DNA of 64,000 bases, taken from Fimbriosthenelais zetlandica. Lineage: Eukaryota. The stretch lies in contig OZ365113.1 of assembly GCA_977030845.1 (NCBI GenBank), positions 6,324,001 through 6,388,000 on the forward strand, in the 5' to 3' direction. The notes beneath the pieces are model-generated. The model searched no databases, was not told the DNA's origin, and saw only the letters and a program-made list of their open reading frames with translations. Both the position numbers and the translations under genes were made by a program. How positions within the stretch are numbered: position 1 is the stretch's first letter; each line of letters opens with the position of its first letter. Shown here in pieces: positions 47,136 to 61,170 of this stretch.

Positions 47136-49460
47136 ATTTAACTCACCTGTCCTCTCAGTTCATAATGATCGGATATAATTTAATAAAAATCTTTTAAGAA
47201 TGTTTTGATATGGTATATAGATCAAATAATGGAGAATCATCCAACTAAAGAATTAAGTTATTAATGTATCTAGATATGAATAATAATCTAATAATTTGAA
47301 AACAATTTTAGCATTAAATTTCTAGGGGTTGTGGTATGGGGGTCGGATCAAGTATACTAAGCCATCCGATCACACGAATCCGATTCTCTATCCGTCGCCA
47401 TCCAATAGCTGTCCAAAACTATATATTTCTATTCCCGGCAAGTATTTTAGTATACATGTAATTATTTGTGATAAATATTCAGGTCAGAACACGGTGAATA
47501 ACATCACATCAAATAGTTGTCGTTCTGTGCAACATTGTATACAACTAAATATTGAATGATAATGCTCAAAATAACAAGTAATTCTATCGTGATATCTATT
47601 GGTTTGTACTAAATATATGTAAATAATATGTATTATTATCAAATAAAAGAGGCTTTCTCCGTGAGAATTAATTTAAGTCATAGTTCTCTACAATGGATAG
47701 ATGGACGATTATTTGTTTGAATTCCCGTCAGAAATGTTTTAGTGATATCAGGATGAGAAGGAAACAGGCTGTTGGTACACAATGGCCTGCTCGTCTTAAA
47801 CGGTAGTAATAGTTCTTTCAATGCCCCCACAGCAGACAGTGAGACAATGGATGAATTAATGAATAGTTGTTTTACGAAATGCCAGCTATTAAACTATCAA
47901 AACTAGAACATACATGTATACTAATCCGATTCTCCAATCCGTCGCCATCCGATCCCCCATTTCTAATGCATCCAATGATAGTTGGTTAGCCTAAGCTAGG
48001 TGTTACAATTATTTGCTCTGAATAGAAATATAGTCTCAGACAGCTATCGGATGGCGCCGGATAGAGAATCTGATTAATTTGGGGTGAGCAGTGGGAGAGA
48101 TGGCTGGCATTTGATATCCCAGTTAGCAGCACTGGGTTGGGAAATGTTCTAATACTCTTATTTCAATTTAAACCATGCAGTCACTTTGCATCCAATACAT
48201 ATATCTAGAGCATGAGTTTTTATCATTTGCAAATCTTAATTGCTCACAAGAGGGCGAAAGGAAGGGGAAGGACACTGCTTCTATAGATATTACAAGCAGG
48301 AAACCTGTTGGGGACTGCTTTTCTCTATGGATGAGTGGATTTGGACACACGCTTGGAAGGGTTCCCAGAGATGGTCGGGGAGAGATAATTCCATGCACCG
48401 TGAAATATAGGCCTATGTATTTAGAACCGACTCAAGGAAATATAAAGTTTCAATATAAACCTATTTTAAACTTAAAATAATGCAGGCTATTTATCTGAAT
48501 GCTTAATTCATATAATATTATAGCTATTTTAAACTTTCAATATTGCAGGCTATAATTTATCTGAATGCTGAATGCGGATAAAATCATATGAGACTATAGG
48601 GCCTGGAGAACACTAATCGATTCTCTATCCGGCTCCATCCTATAGCTGTTCGAAACTTTATTTCTATTCAGACCAAATGCTTTTAATTTGAACAGAACTT
48701 TACACCTAAGGCCAGAGAAACTACTGTAACTGGGTTCTAGTCTCTCTGGTAAGGCTAACCACTGACAAAATTTCAATCTTTAGATGTCATATTCTTCATA
48801 GTGTAATTTCCATGGATAGGTAAAATTCGTTAACAAATCATTTGTTTAATTTTCTGTCACTGATTTCTCAGCTATATCAAAGGACGTGGAGAAGCATTTT
48901 TTTATCGGCATTTTCAACAGTATTTTTCATCTGCATTTTTCAACAGTAGTGACACGAAGAAAGATTAATGGACATATTTCTTAAGTTTTGAGGTACAAGT
49001 TGTTATATAAATATGGAATAAAACTAGAAATTGATCTGCTCGAGCATATACATGGGTCGCACTCGCGATTAACTACATGTTTTCACCCCTTGTGCGACCC
49101 ATCTGCTCTCACAGATCAGTCTCGTTGTATACCATATTTATTAAGTATATCAACACTTCCAGAAATGGTTTGAATCACGTTGTCTCGTAAAAAAGACATG
49201 ATGAGGTTTTGTTATTATGTAATTAACAATGAGCTCGACATGATTAAATTACAGGTTATGGGTAAAGCGCAATGAGCAAAAGGAGTTATGCAATGAGGTA
49301 ATGGCCGGCTTTGTGTCAACGTCAGGTCAAAAAGTTACCAGCTATCTTAGGACACGAGGAAACACGCTGTCGGCACACAATGGTGTACTCCTCTCGAATG
49401 GTTCTTTTACATGCCCCTTCACCAGACAGTGTGAGTCAGTGATATGTGAGACATGACAGT

Positions 49461-49812
49461 GTGAGACATGACTGGCCTTATACATGCCTCCCACCACAGA
49501 CAATGTGAGACATGACTGGCCTTATACATGCCTCTCACCACAGACAATGTGAGACATGACTGGCCTTATACATGCCTCTCACCACAGACAGTGTGAGACA
49601 TGACTGGCCATATACATGCCTCCCACCACAGACAATGTGAGACATGACTGGCCTTATACCTGCCTCCCACCACAGTCAATGTGAGACATGACTGGCCTTA
49701 TACATGCCTCTCACCACAGACAGTGTGAGACATGACTGGCCTTATACATGCCTCCAACCACAGACAGTGTGAGACATGACTGGCCTTTGACATGCCCATC
49801 AGAATAGACAGT
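49461..49812. repeat. 44-bp minisatellite x8
   Basis: gtgagacatgactggccttatacatgcctcccaccacagacaat starts at 49461, 49505, 49549, 49593, 49637, 49681, 49725 and 49769. Confidence 0.95.
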
Positions 49813-50232
49813 ATGAGACATGGCTGGACTTTGATATCCCAGTTAGCAGCACTGGGTGGAGAAAGGCAATATTGGTAAATTCGAGTCGAACATACTATTT
49901 CCTGAACCAGGCTGGGGTTTGAGGAAAAACGTGTTCACTATGTATACATAATATTATATACAGAAATAATGAGTAGATTTCTGAGTGAAGTGAGATATAT
50001 CAAAAAATGAATGGCAAAAATGTGCTTTTCATTATTTAATGTGAAAGAACTTTCTCGCTTTTAAGCGATCATCACACCATCGCTTTTAAGCGATCATCAC
50101 ATAATATTATGTGGATATTTTTCCTAAGCTGTAGGCCTATGACACATTAAACTTGGTAGGCTCCTACTGTTTTTTACTTCGACCGCTGAATAATAGAACC
50201 TGCGTGGACCATTTCGTTTTTTTTTGTGCTCA

Positions 50233-50284
50233 GGGGTGGGGGCTGGGGGCTGGGGGCTGGGGGCTGGGGGCTGGGGGCTGGGGG
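50233..50284 (+). repeat. (GGGGGCT)6 G-rich tract, potential G-quadruplex
   Basis: Multiple G5 runs separated by CT. Confidence 0.75.
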
Positions 50285-50734
50285 TAGCATTGCTGGGGTT
50301 GATTTTAGGTTGATTTTTTAATCTAGCATGGTGCAGTGCACACATTATGACTGCAGGACAATGCAGGAGGGAGGAAGGGGAAGAACGGTGAGGGGGAAGG
50401 TACCGGTGGGAGGATGAGGAAAAAAAATGAGGGAAAAAGATATAAAGTTTGCAATGTCCAATGTAAATATGATCACGCTCTGCCAATTATGATTTTCCAG
50501 GCAATTTGTTTTGGCGCATGCGTGCTTGCGTCAGCGGCAGATAGTTGGGCTGAACGTTTTCAATGGTTTTGTCGTCATGGTTACGAATACGTTGATAGCC
50601 GCTGCTGCTGCTGCTCCTGCTGCCACACTCCTGCTGCAAATGCTTCTGATGGATATAGGAAGAATGCAGCTGTTATAGCAGAGCCGACCTTATTGAGCAT
50701 CTGCTCGTATTCCATCTGCTGTCATTGCTCCTGT

Positions 50735-50737
<3 letters not shown>

Positions 50738-50782
<45 letters not shown>
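50738..50782 (+). repeat. (CAG)15 microsatellite
   Basis: Direct count. Confidence 0.95.
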
Positions 50783-50783
<1 letters not shown>

Positions 50784-50865
50784 GATAGTAGGCCTAGAAC
50801 AGCTGCTGTAGACTGGCCCGCTTGGCTGGCTCAGCTCGGAGCAGCTCATCTAACTCCATCCCCGG

Positions 50866-51320
50866 GGTCGGAGGCACTCTGAATTAAAGTGGGTACTGTA
50901 GGGCTCGTTGGACCCTACCTTCAAAATCCCACCCTTACCAAGAATCTTCCCTTCAATATACTACCCTTTATAAAGGAGATTTTACCCGTCCAAAAGCAAC
51001 CATTTAAAAAAAGACCAAGGAGAACATATCATCATTCGTGCCAACTTTATCAAATATGCCAGAATAACACAATGGGGAATTGATATGCAATCTGAAATGG
51101 AAATTCATCATATAATCCACAAGAGTAGACCTATTTCTGAGAAATTTCCTGTTCTCTTAATTGGAATTATACCATTATTTACATTTTAAAGGAGGACAAT
51201 CTGAAAAAGCACCCCTTTTTTCAAATTTCAAGGTCCTTGATGTTAGCAGTAAAAGTTCCCCGCTTCTCGAGCACTTGTAGGCTACCCACTTTGATTCTGA
51301 ATGCCCCCCCCCCGACCCGC
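50866..51320. mobile_element. MITE family 7 (TIR GGGGCACTCGGAATTAAAGTGGGTACTAGGGCTCGTTCCC); other copies at ~56300-56722, 57030-57297 and 58676-59268
   Basis: Shared inverted termini and shared internal sequence (aataacacaatggg...aattggaattatac...ggaggacaatctgaaa). Confidence 0.7.
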
Positions 51321-54188
51321 GGAGCTCCATCTGCTCGTGGTGAAGCAGCAGCAGCAGCAGAGCAGCTGCTCTCATCCCCACCACCGGTTGGGAGTGTTTG
51401 GGCTTGGCTCCTCACAGAAGCTCACTTGGCACAGGTCCTCTCTCCACTAGCCTTCACAGATTGATCCGAAGCTTTAAAACCCGCGATCCACTACATTCTA
51501 CTATCTCCAGGCCAATACAATAAGGCCCATCCCTACTGTAGGCTATAGCCTTTCATACAATTAGGCCTACACTAGGCTTACACACTTACTTATTCTATAG
51601 AAGAACATTTTCATTTTCACCCTCTTTTCCGATGGTCAAAACCGCTTTAAAAGCCACGATCAACTATAGGCCTACCTTCAGGCCAACAAAATAAGGCCCG
51701 TTCCTCCTATATAGCCTACCCTATTAGGCGTTCACTAGTTGTAGACTAATCCTTTCTTATGCCAGGCCCCGATAGAGGCGATCCTCCAAGTGATAGCTGT
51801 GCGAAACTATATTCCTAATCACACCCAATGCTGGTAATTTTGTCAGTGGTTAGCCTTAGCTAGGTGTAAATGACGGTTGAAATTACAAGCATTGTGTGTG
51901 ACTATAGTTTCGCGCAGCTCTATTGCTTTGAGAATCGCCTATATATGGGGGCCTGGCATTATCCAAATGCAAATGTCCAGAAGTTTCCCATGGTCAAAAC
52001 CATCAATTTTCTCATACATTCCTAAATAAATATGAAACTGAATATTATGCATTTAGCATCTTGTCTGATGGGCAATTCCTTCAGAAATTTAGTGCACATT
52101 CCATATAAACTGTTTTGAATAAACATAGGATACTTCAAGGAAGCCTCGGCTTGATGGGAACCATTGCGTAACGCCAATGCCATTGCCATTGCATAACGCC
52201 ATTGCACAGCGTCAAACGCATATATAATTAGTGAGATGTACAATATTATGGCATGATAAAACTTGAATTACAAATATACATAGCATTTGTCAACACATTT
52301 CTAGTTCGATCGATATATTTCATGATCCAATATCGATTCTAAATCTTACATTGGTATTTCTGAGTGAATAAACAGGGTTCCTGCGGTTCTGAGATGATAA
52401 AATTTAAGACTTTGTTCAGACCTGTCACACTCATTTTAACACCTAAAATCCACACTTTCAAACAATGATAATCGCTGGCAAAACTACCAGTGAAATCATC
52501 GAATAAATCGCCAATATTATCATCGGCAATATATCATATTATGTAGGTTTATCAATCTATCATATTATGTAGGTTTATCAATATATCATATTATGTAGGT
52601 TTCAGTACTGAACGGTGCTATTTATATGGGATTTCTTTCTCTATCTCGTTGTATAGGTGTGTATATAGGGGGGACATTGCTCCCAACCCAACTCAAATTC
52701 GAACCCTCCTTTTCAAATTGCTGGATACACTCCTGACTGATAAAGTGAAAGAAAAAGGTCTGGCTCTCAAGCGATACCAAACCCTGGGAAAAGGTACTGT
52801 ATAATTCATATAGGACACGCTGTATTGCACACAAATTGTTCAAAACCTGTGAATAATTGACAGGTCTATTCATAAAGGTGAATCAGACACCTCAATCAGA
52901 AATCAATCATTTACATCTACTTAGCAAAGTTAACTGCCTTTTTCCAGACAGAGTTCAGCACAGAGTGGACTCCACAGTAAAACCTGGAAAACACTAATCC
53001 GATTCTCTATCCGGCTCCTTCCGATATCTGTTCGAAACTATATTTCTATTAACACCAAATGCTTATAATGTGAACAGACCTTTACACTGGCTAACCACAA
53101 GGCTAACCACTGACAAAATTTCAATCATTGGATGCCATTACAAATGGGTGTTCGGATGATGACGGATTGGAGAATCGAATTAGTGTGTATGGCTTAATAC
53201 TGTTTCGATACAATTTGTCACAGTTGATATGTTTTTATTTTAATAGTGGTTATCAATGCATTGGGGGGGAAATTAATTCTGGAAGAATAATTTTCAGAGG
53301 AAACTGGAACTCAATATGCCAATTAGGATAGTACTTTGTAAGCTCATAATTATTGCCATTTCTTGTTGGACAGTCTTTCCACTTGGATACTGAATCTTTT
53401 TCCTGGAATAACATATTCCAATCCTCTGATATTTGATAATTATGACCATAATATATTATGACCAAAGGGATTGTCCCTCATGAAAGTATGAGAGAAAAAT
53501 TTAATATTGTAATAGTACAGAATTCAATCATAGAAAATGAATAAATTTCTGAAAGGAACTTAGTCGTTATTTGGCTTATACATGCCTCAATTTTTTCACT
53601 GGCAATTGATCAACAAAGATGATGTCTGTAACTAAAGCCTATGTCCACTGCTGCGATTTTGCTTGTGACACTACTCCGACAAGGTGATACTTGTATAGGA
53701 ATATAATTTATAAATTGTGGTCCAAGTGTCCAAGGCCTTAAGATCGTAGTCCGATGGTAAATTTGTCATTGAAACACAAGCATCACCTTTGTCACAGAAG
53801 TGTTGCAAGCAAAATCGCAGCAGTGGAGTCCCGGCTTAATAGTAGATACTTGCGCACCCCAATACTGACAGGTCTACTGAACATTTATTATATTAATGAT
53901 CTGCTTCAATGGTTGGTTAACAATTAAATAATCATACACCCATAGAGCAGTAATCTATTTATTCTCCTATCTCATCAATGCATCTTCCGCTACTTTCCAA
54001 TCCATAGTCAATTCCTCCAAAGAACCTAGATAGGATCGTCGGTTACTTTTAAGATAATGTTTTCATCACATGATTGTCTGGTCAACACATATTTGCATTT
54101 TAATGTAGATGTTAAACAAACAGGAACAATTAGGGACCTTTTCCCTATTTCCCTGTAAAAAAAATCTGAAAATCTAATTATAGGTTTT

Positions 54189-54386
54189 ACAATCGCACAT
54201 GACATGATACTTCACCCAGTCACATTATACTGACACCGGGTCGACCAGTTCTAGTACTGTCCTCTTATTGCTGAGTGTCAAGCGAGGGAGCCACAAGTCC
54301 CATTTGTTCAGACTTTGGTATGACCCGGCCGCGGTTTGAACTAGCGACCTTCCACACACGGGGCAGATACTCTAAACACTAGACCA
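54189..54386 (-). mobile_element. tRNA-derived SINE (A/B boxes plus conserved central domain)
   Basis: On the - strand: TGGTCTAGTG (A box), AGTTCAAACC (B box), then GGTCATACCAAAG...CCCGGTGTCAGTATAATGTGACTGGGTG, a core typical of invertebrate SINEs. Confidence 0.75.
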
Positions 54387-54598
54387 GAATGGCGCTCCAC
54401 TGTATTATTTAAAACGTCCTCCACAAAAGATAGATTCCATTGTGATGGCCTTCTGAATGAACAGATTCCGATCACTAAGAACTAAATTAAAAAGGGGAAT
54501 TCTGTCCAAACCCATGTTGTTTCCATAGTGGTGGTCTCGGTCTAGCAGAGGGCACAGAATAAAAAATAATTTCCTGAGATAATAATGAAGACTCTTAC

Positions 54599-54740
54599 CT
54601 CTCTTTCAGGGTCGCCAAAAGCTATGTTTAGTGTGCCCATAGCCCTAATGATGGCCACAAGTGACTGGATCGTATTGCTGTAAACCACTGGCTTAAACTG
54701 CTTGTTATCTTCATTTGTGAAACCGCCTTCGTGAATAATT
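54599..54740 (-). CDS. GNAO1: G protein alpha-o, exon 3 (142 nt)
   Basis: [47 protein letters not shown]. Confidence 0.96.
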
Positions 54741-57700
54741 CTGCAAGACAAAAACACATAATGTTATACATTTTTTTTATAGTTTAAGGTTGTTTAAGAA
54801 AAGCCAAAAGAAAGGGACAAAAAAATCGGTATAGCATTAAACCTGGAACACATTAATCCGATTCTCCAATCCGTCGACAACCGAACCCCCATTTCTAACA
54901 TTGGTATAATAGGCTATCCAATACAAATCCAATCCAAATTTTGTCAGTGGTTATCCTTACCTTGGTGTAAGGGCTGTTCAAATTACAAGCATTTGGTGTG
55001 AATAGAAATAATTATTTTAGTTTCTGACAGATATCAGATGGAGAAAGAATCGGATTAGTGTACTCCAGGCTTTAGGCGTATAATTATGCATGCGTTTCAA
55101 AAGGCTGCATTTCGAAATGACGGTTTGCCGTTACTTTTCATTCCAATCATTAGCAAACATGCATTTTCGTTATTCGTTCCGTTTTGATAGAGAAAACATG
55201 TCGGGAAAGGAAAAGGTGTCCGTTTTAAATCAAGGTAAGTAAAACATGGATTATAAATCAATATGTAGGTGTAGAGTAGTTGTTTAATTTATAACCTGAA
55301 CACACTTACAACAATCACTATTATCACGCCCACATACATGAAAGGGACATCGCGTGTGGGGAGCCCGGAGCAGCCTCAGGTAGTAGTACTAGCCTTAGAG
55401 GAGAAATCACCTTTACTAACAGGCGAGTTACTCATAACAGATAACAATAGCTCACCAATAGCTCCCCCAGACATGCAATGCCTATTCACAATCCACAATC
55501 TTCAAGATTCCTGTCCCATAAGGTAGTCCCAGGAACTCTTAATATATTTTAGTTGATTTATTTAAACCTGGTTATACATTTGGAAAATAAACCGATTTAA
55601 AGCCTGTTGCACACTAATTTGATTCTCTATCCGGTTCCATACGATAGCTGTCCCAAATTATATTTCTATTCTGATACACACCAAATGCTTGTAAACTAAC
55701 AACTGTGATCGCACTGTCAACACTATGTTTATCACAAGCTCTTAATATGACGGACAATTTAATGACTCTTTTACACTGTCGAAGATTCAAAATTGACATA
55801 ATGACATTCAAAGATTCCAACTGCATCAACTATCGGCACTATCAAGCAGGGGCGGATCCAGCAATTTGAAAAGGGGGTTCGAATTTGAGTTGGCTTGGGA
55901 GCAATGTACACTTACACACCTATAAATCGAAATGGAAAAAAATCCCATATAGCCTAATTAGGTCAGTTCAGTACTGAAAACTACATTATATAGATTCAAA
56001 CTGTCCCAGATCTTTAATTTCTTCTTCTTTTTTCCAAAAAAGGGAGATTCGACCCGACCCCCAGCCCCTGCAGTTTGAACAAGAACCTTGGATTATACAC
56101 CGAATATATATGTATTTTTGGGCCTTGAGGGAGGAAAATCGGATCCAGCTGAGCTGGACAGAGGGCGTTTTTCACACTGAAGGAGTGTACAGGTGTGCTC
56201 GGACTGGGGCAATCGGACGGCAAGTTATAGATCAAACAGAAAATTATATCACTCCACAGCCGACCGATAGCTGTCCCCGCAGGGGGGGGGGGGGGGGGGG
56301 GGTGCGGGGGCACTCGGGATTATTAAAGTGGCACGTTCCCAATGTCGCGGAGAAGCCGTGTACTTTTACAGGTAACATCAAGGACCGCGAAATAAGAGAA
56401 AAAGGTTTACTTTTTCAGATTATCATCCTTGACAATGTTATAATTCCAATTAAGAGAACAGGAAATTTCTCAGAAATTTGATAGGTATAGACCCTTGTGA
56501 GGTTGTGGCGTGTAGGAGTATATTATACATGATGATTTTCTATTCCGGAGTGCATATTTCCCATTGTATTATTCTAGCATAATATGTTATGTAGTTGGCA
56601 CGAACGCTGATATGTTCTCCTTGATTATTTTTTTAAAAGGTTGTATTTTTAGGGTAAAATCGTTGAAAATGTTCGGATTTTGAAGGTAGGGAACGAGCCC
56701 TAGTACCCACTTTAATTCCCTCGCAGCCTTGGTAGCCACTATCATCTGGAGCGTTTCTTTTTTTTAGCCACACCAATCTCACACACCTAGAGTACTTCCT
56801 ATTATGGTTCATATTATATACACAGGCCATGCTCTGAAATACTGCTTCTTGGCTTTGGAAATATTCAGGGCAGGTTATTTATTCCTTTTAGGGCAAACCA
56901 TTTTTTTTTTTTACTTTTCTCTGTTTGGGATTTTCACTTCCTACCTATTCATACGTAGCTTGAAATAAAAAATATAAAAAACGTCTTCCATGTGGAAAAT
57001 TTAATGCATCATATCTTCGGTTGGACCAACGATGAAATCTGCTAGAATAACACAATGGGAAATATGTGCTCTGAAATTCATCATACAAGCCACTTATCAA
57101 AATTCTGAGAAATTTTCTGTATAATTGGAATTATACAAGTCCTATAATAACTATCAAATTTCTGAGAGATTGTCTGATCTCTTTATTTTCAAGAAGGAAA
57201 ATCTGCAAAAGTACCCCTTTTTTCAAAAAGTAAAAGTATCCCCGTTCTCCTTGTAATTGGGAACGAGCCCTAGTACCCACTTTAATTCCGAGTGCTCCGC
57301 TCCAACGGGATAATTTAGTGATAAGTATTCATATGCAGCAAGGCATGGGGAGATAATACTGAGTTTACAACAAAATAAAGTTCAAATAGTTCCGGATGAC
57401 ATGGCTTCCATGCCAGACTGACCTTTATGGTCCACAAATTACCAGGGTACATGTACCGGTATACATGTGGTATTTAAACGAAGGTCTCATCTTCGGGAAA
57501 GCTATGCATAGTTGATATAGTCTAAAGCCTGGACACACTAATCCGATTCTCCAAAACTTCGCCTTCCGAACCCCACTTTCTAATGGCATCCAATGATTGA
57601 AATTTTGTCAGTGGTTTAGCTTAACCTAGGAGTAAAGGTCTGTTAAAATTTAATACAAGTATTTGGTGTGAATAGAAATATAGTATCGGACAGCTATTAG

Positions 57701-57924
57701 ACGGAGCCGGATAGAGAATCGGATTACAAAAGTTACTATTAAGCCTGGTCATACTAATCCGATTCTCTATCCAGCTGTACAATGCTAATTAAATTTATTC
57801 AAGTTATTTTGTTTAAGGGAAATTTGTATATGAAAGGGGTGAACAAGGTAGGTTGGGTTACGTTATTTTGTCTTTTAAGAATGATTCTCAAATCATGAGT
57901 TTGGCAGTAGGAATGAATAGGGAA

Positions 57925-57962
57925 TGAATGAATGAATGAATGAATGAATGAATGAATGAATG
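57925..57962. repeat. (GAAT)n microsatellite
   Basis: Direct inspection. Confidence 0.9.
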
Positions 57963-60775
57963 TATGGCGATGTAACGCCATGCCAGCTACTATGGCTATA
58001 CTCATAGCGAGAACTATTTAAATAGAACCATAAAATTTGAACTTGGAATGTATAGGGAAGAAAAGGAAAAAATAGCTGTGAAAGGGAACAATTTTAATAA
58101 AATGAGAGAGAAGGAAGTTGAGAAAATCTCAACATAGAACAGCTTCCTTTCGTCCTGTTCCTATTATGATTCAGGGGGACTAGTTAAATAAGAGCAGAAT
58201 CGTATAGGGGTGGAGTGGCGGCAGAAGTGGTGTCCTTTTCCTTTTAGAAGGGGAGAAAGCAACAGCTAGGGAAGGAGGGAGAGTACAGGAAGAGCTGTTG
58301 GTACCGGAAAAAGGGGTGTGTAGGCCTACAACCAAAAACGGGATACAACTGAAAGGAACGAAACCTCGCAATGGAACTAAATTCCGGTGAAAATAATAAT
58401 TATGAGGAAATGTTATCCGGCAGTAAAGAAGAGGAAATGTTCATTCCACATTGCTGTGCTTAGAGGGGAAGGAGGAGGGAGGAGGTAGGAGGCTGCAGCC
58501 ATATTTGCTACTCCACCTTCTGCTCCAGCTGGCCCAAGCCTTCAACGATGGCTGCAAGCCCCACCACCACCACCACCGCCACCACCACCAACAGCACCAC
58601 CCTCGGCTCTCAGCATCAGCAGCAGACGATGCAAACAGCATATGAACCGGGGGATGGATCTAGGAGGGAGGGGGGAAGGGGGGGGGGCACTCGGCATTAA
58701 AGTGGGTAGCCTACTAGGGCTCCTTCCCTACCTTAAAAATTCTACCCTTTTGAAAGATTTTACAGGGTAGGGGCACACGGATTAAAGTACGTAATAGGGC
58801 TCATTCCCTAACCTCAAAATCCGATCTTTTCCAAGGCTTTTACCGTAAAAATACTACAATTTTCTTAAGAAAACAAGGAGATTTGACCCGCCCAAAAGCA
58901 CCCCTTTAAAAAGAATTTAGGAGATCATATTGAATGATTATTTTTCGTGCTAACTATATGAAATGCTAGGATAACACAATGGGAAAAATGCACTCTGAAA
59001 TAGAAATTTATCATGTAACCCACAAGGGTCTATACCTAGCATAATTCAAAGAAATTTCCTGTTCCCCAATTGGAATTATACCATTTTTTACATTTTCAGG
59101 GAGGACAATCTGAAAATACCATTTTTTCCCCTCAAATTTCGAGGTCCTTGATGTTAGCAGTAAAGGTACCCCACTTCTTGAAACCAACGAGTATGTACTC
59201 GTTGTTGAAACTGGGAATGAGCCGTAGTACCCACTTTAATTCGGAGTGCCCCCCCGGGGGGGGGGGGAGGGGAATGGATGAAGTCCTCAACAGAAAAGCA
59301 GCAGCCGCAGCAGAGGCAGCTGCAAACGCTCCCGACTACCGCCCAACCAAACTCCACTTGGACGCCATTTTGTATGGGACTAGGTCGTCTCCTTTCTCAC
59401 AGACACTAACTCTACCTCCACAAACCTATTCCAAAAGCCAGACATAGAATCTCCTCTCAAATCTCTACCTCAACTCACCCCTCTAGTATTATATCATCCC
59501 TACACAATCTCTCCCCCACTAGAAATCTTGGCCCTGTTCTCTCCCCTCTCCTCACTCTCTTCAGCCACAGATTGTGGACTGTTGCATCCAGTACGTTTAG
59601 ACTACCCCATTTATAAACTCTATGGTAGTCATATTGTAGGTATAAAAACACCGAAGGGGGATGATGATGATGATGGGATGGGAGTATATAATCACAGAAT
59701 AATACACATCATTTCTATACACCAAGTTCATAGAGCTCCTAGAGGAAACGCTCCAATGAGAAAACTGAACATAAAATATGTACTAATCCTATTTCAATCT
59801 GCTAAACTCATGTTTCCTTATACATCACCTTAATCTAACCTAAGATCTAACATATGAAATATAAATTCGTCAGATACATAATGTAAAAATAGCATATATC
59901 CAAGATAATTCTACAAATCAAAAAATTGCAATATAAAACAGAAAACTATATATTTAACTATCAAACGAGATTTGTATGATAAACAACATGGTATTACTTT
60001 CGAATTAAATTAAGTTTTCTGCTAACAATTTGGACACATTGGTGTACATAACCGACTATATCAATTAGAAACACCTGGCAAAGCTAACCAGGTGAGCTAT
60101 AAACATTTCTTTCCGATAGGAGGTATGATGGCCATATAAATAAGATCTAAATATAGAAGGTCGTACCTGTGTCAAAATATGACCCCTTTTTTAATCCAAC
60201 TGTCAGCGACAAAGCCGATACACAATAGATAAAGCTTGTATACATATTAGACACTGGTGTATATTCTGTCTGTTTTCAATGCTATAGTAGATTGACCCTT
60301 GCCCTGTGGGGTGTCAAATGGCAAGCTAGCTTTTGCACCCATCGACTGTCAGAATAAAGTATTTAGGTCATGGTGATAGAGTCTAAGAATTAGTTTATCC
60401 AAACTGTGGTTAACAAACGGGGCATATTACCGGTCGGTCTTCTTCCTATAATAACCATGGAATCCCTTATAGGTCGGCCATAGAAGACCGGTTCTGTCTA
60501 TTTGTATATTGACTCTCCAATTGTTTATTGTTCATTGGATATATTAAGGTTAAAAAGGTCGGGGCTTGATGGTTATGTGATGGATGAAAGAGTGGGACTG
60601 GTCTATTATAAGGAATGAAGACTGAAAATCAAAGTACATACACAGGCCATGTCAACATAAACAAAGTTGATGTGGGGATGGAACCCACCACCCTACAACT
60701 CCATCCCGAAAGATGAGGCAAAATAAGAGCATATAACTACATGAAGAGAAGAGTGGATAGAAATTTTATGCTTAC

Positions 60776-60818
60776 TTCATTTGTTTGACAATCGTACTCT
60801 TCCCCGATTCTCCCGCAC
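60776..60818 (-). CDS. GNAO1: G protein alpha-o, exon 2 (43 nt, P-loop)
   Basis: (G)AGESGKSTIVKQM(K); AG/GT boundaries. Confidence 0.96.
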
Positions 60819-61170
60819 CTAGACAGGGGTGAAGTAGAAGAAATTTTAGCACGGTAATTTATTCAAATGAATTTCCGCGACCATATTGGTCTGAGCCTAG
60901 CTACTCTATATGAGAGAGACTGGCAGGGGAAGAAAAGCAATCGAGGTTAGTGGGGATGTTCTAGGCTATGCACGGTAATAAATTGCTTACATGGGTATCT
61001 TAGATGTTCCCTCAATAGATTACAATGTGATAAAATATACTGGGAGTGGAAATACGATGGGATATGCAGTAAGATTAGACAAAAATGGCTGCTGAGGGGC
61101 AAAGCAGGACGCTCGGAGAGGCTGCCATTTTCACCGGCATCACCCCGACACAACAAACCTTTCTCCTTAC

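Noticed and set aside
50124-51464. Poly-Gln, poly-Ala and Pro-rich ORFs in intron 3 (and similar ones at 58441-59447 and 30738-31131)
   Set aside because: Explained by microsatellites and MITE sequence; no splice-consistent gene model.
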